NCBI RefSeq assembly: GCF_009914755.1 | Contig: NC_060926.1 | Length of the DNA: 64,000 nt | Direction: 5' to 3' (one strand) | Source of the DNA: the human T2T-CHM13v2.0 reference genome, Homo sapiens | Shown: positions 55,369 through 64,000 of the stretch, one piece after another | How positions within the stretch are numbered: position 1 is the first letter of the stretch | Layout: each line of letters opens with the position of its first letter | Made by a program: the position numbers and the translations under genes | Notes under the pieces: generated by a model | Told to the model about the DNA's origin: nothing | The model's database searches: none | The model's input: the letters and a program-made list of their open reading frames with translations, nothing else

Positions 55369-55784
55369 TCAAAAAAAAAAAAAAAAAAAAAAAATGAAGA
55401 AAAGAAGACCAGGTAGTGGTGAAGATCTCGGGGATGTCATGATTGCTAGAAAAATATTTAAAATCCATGGCCAGGCACGGTGGCTCACGCCTGTAATCCT
55501 AGCACTTTGGGAGACTGAGGTGGGCAGATCACCTGAGGTCAAGAGTTTGAGACCAACCTGGCCAACCTGGTGAAACTCCGTCTCTACTAAAAATACAAAA
55601 AATTAGCCGGGCGTGGTGGTAGGCACCTATAATCCCAGCTACAGGAGGTGAAGGCAGGAGAATCACTTGAACCCAGGAGGCGGAGGTTGCAGTGAGTCGA
55701 GATTGCACCATTGCACTCCAGCCTGGGCGACGGAGCAAGACTCTGTCTCAAAAAAAAAAATTTTTTTTAACTCCAGTTGGCCTA

Positions 55785-56054
<270 letters not shown>

Positions 56055-56083
56055 CTATAGAGCCAGACTCCATCTCAAAAATT

Positions 56084-56145
56084 AAAATAAAATAAAATAA
56101 AATAAAATAAAATAAAATAAAATAAAAAAATATAAAATAAAATAA
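56084..56145. repeat. (AAAAT)n pentanucleotide repeat in an Alu tail
   Basis: Directly visible. Confidence 0.9.
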
Positions 56146-57413
56146 CATTCTAGTTGGCCCTACATGGTACTGTTGACCTAAGGATAGGCCAGGAAATGTT
56201 TGAGAACCTATTGTTTCTAAAATATGACAATAGGTCCTCAAAATAGGCAGGCCAGTGCCTGCCTGTAACGATTCAGATAAGTCATTGCTTGAGAATTTCC
56301 TCATGTTCCTAATGATTATAGTTTTGTTTCTTAAGTCCCATCAAATGCAAAATGGGAAGGAAAATGAAACTAGAACTCCCTTTTTGGTTTCTCCTAGTAA
56401 TTGTCTCTCCCAGCCATTTATATATATCTAAATTATGATTATTATTTTCAAAAATAAAGATAGCACTTCAGTAACTAAATGTTAAATGCAAAGGAAATAG
56501 ATCCCAAAGCAATGCCTGTTTCTGAAATATCGTTCGTTCATAATCACTGTGGCCCAAGGTAAACGAATAGCAGAATACTCAAACCTTGTTGTAATTTCAC
56601 TTTTTTATAATCCCCTGAGTCAGAACGTCAGAATGAGTTGGAAGGCCCAATATTGATTCAAATATTTTGGAAACTTTAAAACTATAACATGTGATTTTTC
56701 TCATAAAGTCTTTCCCCAGCTACCTTTCTTCTCCTTTTTCAGAGAAGCCCTTAGAGTTTTTCACTATGACACCAGCCTGGCCTTTTGGAAAATAATAAAC
56801 TTAGGAGGATTGTCTTTTCAGCCCTGCTCTTTCACGGTCCTTCTCAATGACACAACATGGCACACGTGTCTCTCTGCAACCAAGGAGCAGATTGATGACC
56901 AAAAGACTTACCACCACCTCTGTTCTGAGTAAAAATCAGGAGTCTAAGTTGCTCATGACAGAGATGTCTGGTTTAAGATCACTGAAGGTCACTGAAAGGG
57001 CTCATCTTGTCACATTTTCTTACTGCTATAAATCACATGGACTGAGGTTTGCATTTGGGGCTTATTAGTCAGCTCTATTTTTTTTTTTTGAGACAGGGTC
57101 TCGCTCTGCTGCCCAGGCTGGAGTGCCGTGGTGCAATCACTGCTCACTGCCTTGACCTCTGAGTTCAAGTGATCCTCCACCTCTGCCTCCTGAGTAGCTG
57201 GGACCACAGGTGTGTGCCAACACACTCAGCTTATTTTTTTTATTTTTTGTAGAGATGGGGGTCTCACTATTTTGCTCAGGCTGGTCTCAAACTCTTGGGC
57301 TCAAGCAGTCTTCCTGCCTCAGCCTCCCAAAGTGCTGGGATTACAGGTATGAACTTCTGCACCTGGCCTAGCTAGCTCTATTGACATTTGTTTTTTGTTG
57401 GTGGTTCTCTTAG

Positions 57414-57549
57414 AGTTTCTTGGACCTTGTGGTTGAGTTGGAGAAACTAAATCTGGTTGCCCCAGATCAACTGGATTTATTAGAAAAATGCCTAAAGAAC
57501 ATCCACAGAATAGACCTGAAGACAAAAATCCAGAAGTACAAGCAGTCTG
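57414..57549 (+). CDS. CFLAR: CFLAR exon 4 ([45 protein letters not shown])
   Basis: TAG 57411-57413, donor GTAAGA 57550; 136 nt; DED2 RIDL motif. Confidence 0.97.
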
Positions 57550-57639
57550 GTAAGAATTTTGGCCTCTCAGTGGTCTAGGGGAAGTACTCTGTGCATGGGG
57601 GTGGGCATCATGACTGATAAATATTCATTTGTTGGATAG

Positions 57640-57869
57640 GTGGATGGAATGGAACCTGGATGACCAAAGCCTCCTTTAGCTTGTGGCTAGAAATCGCGTC
57701 CCTTTATATTCTTCATATCCCAGATCTGCCAACTCCATTGCCCTGTATATTCATGATCTCTGCAAAATGCTGCCAAGCAGTTCTTAACATTTCAGTCTTC
57801 AAGAAAGAATCTGGGATCTGCACAGGCTGGCAGAGCTATGGACATTCAGGGGTTTTGCATGTATGCTGA
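57640..57869 (+). CDS. CFLAR: Candidate alternative terminal exon of CFLAR (GGWNGTWMTKASFSLWLE...GVLHVC*), giving a 250-aa isoform
   Basis: AG at 57638-57639 after a 90-nt intron; in phase with exon 4 and open for 76 codons. Confidence 0.5.
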
Positions 57870-58240
57870 ACCCTACTGCCTTGCTCTGGTATTTGGCCTC
57901 ACAACCACTGTCCAACTTCGGGTGATGTCACTTGGGTCTCATACCTTCCTTGCATGTGTCCCAAGTTTCACAAAACCTCCTTATGGAAAAGAGCACATTC
58001 GATTTCTTCCTTGATAAAAGGGACCAGATTCACATTGGCCTTCTGCTTTACTTGCATTCCTCATTGTCTTTTAGACTCAGCCTCAGCTTGGGCTTTGTTA
58101 GCAAGTTCACTGCCACCATAGCATCACAGCCTAAAGGGCATGGCTGAGACTCATTGATCTATAGAGCACTCTTTTACCCCAACATACTCTAAATGACTGA
58201 TCAAAGATCAAAAACAGAAGAGCATTTATACTCCATTCTT

Positions 58241-61617
<3,377 letters not shown>

Positions 61618-61799
61618 TATACTCCATTCTTCATGATGTTTGGTCGAAGAGTCATCTGAAATTTTGAATTCAGTAAGGTGGCTAGAAAGTTTAGGGTATT
61701 TTGAAAGATGGTGATTGACCTTGGACTGAACCACTATTGAAGATTTATTTGATAATAATTTGTAAGTTTTAACTCAGTACCTCCCTTCTGCTTTTATAG

Positions 61800-61882
61800 T
61801 TCAAGGAGCAGGGACAAGTTACAGGAATGTTCTCCAAGCAGCAATCCAAAAGAGTCTCAAGGATCCTTCAAATAACTTCAGG
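61800..61882 (+). CDS. CFLAR: CFLAR exon 5 ([28 protein letters not shown]), completing 202 shared codons
   Basis: cttttatAG 61798-61799, donor GTGAGT 61883; cumulative CDS 606 nt. Confidence 0.97.
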
Positions 61883-61918
61883 GTGAGTCTGGAGAAAACA
61901 TATGGAATCCCAGCATGA
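61883..61918 (+). CDS. CFLAR: c-FLIP-R-specific C-terminus by read-through into the intron ([11 protein letters not shown]; 213 aa)
   Basis: In-frame continuation past the exon 5 donor to TGA 61916-61918; AATAAA at 61936. Confidence 0.85.
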
Positions 61919-62291
61919 AACCGTTTCAGAGTTCTAATAAAAATATGCATATTCTCACAGCATGTACTTTATTTAATATCTGAAAAAATTGTGATAGAAA
62001 TGTGTATTTGTTTTAAAAACGTGTAACTTCTTATATTTCAAAGCTAATACATGTTCATTGAGATATTTGGAGACTATAGAGAAAGATAAAAGAAAATAAA
62101 TCACCTATATTCCACTATCCAAAGACAACCACTGTTAGTATTTTGGTATATTTCCTTCTAGACTCTTTTTTATGTGGGTTTGCATCTGTATCTGTATGTA
62201 TGTATATATATATATATATACATACATACATACATACAGTTGGACAATTGGACATTTTTTTCACTGTTCATTTATTCACTTGAAATTGTAA

Positions 62292-62456
<165 letters not shown>

Positions 62457-62816
62457 TGAGGTCAGGAGTTCGAGACTGGCCTGGCCAACATGGTGAAACT
62501 CCATCTCTACTAAAAAATACAAAAATTAGCCAGGTATGGTGGCAGGTGCCTATAATCCCAGCTACTTGGGAGGCTGAGGCAGGAGAATCATATGAACCCA
62601 GGAAGTGGAGGTTGCAGTAGCCAAATCGCGCCATTGTACTCCAGCCTGGGTGACAAGAGCAAAACTCTGTCTCAAAAAAAATGTTTTCTTCCTACCCCTA
62701 TAATACTGACCTCCAATTATTTTTCCTAAAGGCAGCTGTTGTGAACTAGTTCATTCTGTAACTATCCAGAGATAGTCTACACATATATTTCATTTTTGCT
62801 TTTTTCTCTTCTACAG

Positions 62817-62876
62817 ATGATAACACCCTATGCCCATTGTCCTGATCTGAAAATTCTTGGAAATTGTTCCATGTGA
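62817..62876 (+). CDS. CFLAR: c-FLIP-S-specific terminal exon (MITPYAHCPDLKILGNCSM*; 221 aa)
   Basis: Polypyrimidine tract plus ctacAG (62815-62816); known 19-aa c-FLIP-S tail; AATAAA at 63020. Confidence 0.95.
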   Translation: MITPYAHCPDLKILGNCSM

Positions 62877-63604
62877 TTAACATGGAACTGCCTCTACTTA
62901 ATCATTCTGAATGATTAAATCGTTTCATTTTCTAAATGTGTTATAATGTGTTTAGCCCTTTCTTGTTGCTGTATGTTTAGATGCTTTCCAATCTTTTGTT
63001 ACTACTAATAATGCTATAAAATAAATATCCTTGTACTTCTTTGTGCATTTGTTTTTTTACTGAGCTAATTTTAATGATTTCAGCAAAAGTTATTTTGTTA
63101 TTGAGTGATGAAACAAAAGATTTTTGAGGGTGTTCATGAGCATAAGTATCATATAGTCACTTATGGTTGTTGTGTTCCTAGTACTTAGTACAAGGTATCG
63201 GAATTGTTCTTTAGTTAATCTTTTATCTTGAGAAGTTAAATCTTGGTGTAATCTTATCCTCATGTTCATATAAAGATATGTGGAGTTTGTAGTGAGGACT
63301 TAGAGCCGGGTACAATTTCATGGTTAAATTAGAAATGCTTTTGGCAGTGTTAACAGCTCTTTTAGAATTTGTCTAGCAGGCTTTTCAGTTTTTGCCAGAA
63401 AGCCCTAAAAAAAAAGAAGGAAAAAAATGCTTTTGGCTGAGTGTGGTGGCTCACGCCTGTAATCCCAGCACTTTGGGAGGCCGAGGCAAGCGGATCGCTT
63501 GAGCCCAGGAGTTCGAGACAAACCTGGTCAATATGTCAAAACCCCATTTCTACAAAAAATACAAAAATTAGCTGGGCATGATGGTGTGCCTTTAGTCTCA
63601 GCTA

Positions 63605-63829
<225 letters not shown>

Positions 63830-64000
63830 CTACTGAGCAATGCAATTTCAGAGCTAAAATGGATTTACGGATTATATTATCCAACTCCCTTAATGAACAA
63901 AATAAGGAAACTTAGCCCTAAAGAACATTAACTGATTGTCTACTTCTAACTACTAGCAGAGCTGGGCCCAGCCCATACTCCTTTCACTGCACTGTGATGT

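Overview
Human (Alu-dense primate) genomic DNA matching the chr2q33 NDUFB3-CFLAR locus. It contains the last two coding exons of NDUFB3 (+, 98 aa spliced), about 30 kb of Alu/L1-saturated intergenic DNA, and the 5' part of CFLAR (c-FLIP, +). The CFLAR part has two CpG-island first exons, coding exons 2-5 (202 shared codons), the c-FLIP-R read-through end, the c-FLIP-S terminal exon with an intact AG acceptor, and a candidate extra terminal exon after exon 4. Retrocopies: a truncated U6, a 7SL/Alu chimera, an RPL17 processed pseudogene apparently fused to an L1PB 3' end, and an IMPDH1 processed pseudogene in CFLAR intron 4 split by a HERV-K LTR5 solo LTR. Also present are an LTR6 solo LTR, MaLR LTRs, and human-specific AluYb8 and AluYa5 insertions. 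Nearly all ORFs in the supplied track are Alu or GC-rich artefacts. I found no convincing new gene system. The best leads are small-scale: chimeric retro-insertions, an ectopic ~36-nt copy of the CFLAR pre-ATG leader, paired uORFs, an Alu-split forkhead palindrome and the CFLAR 3'-end switch architecture.
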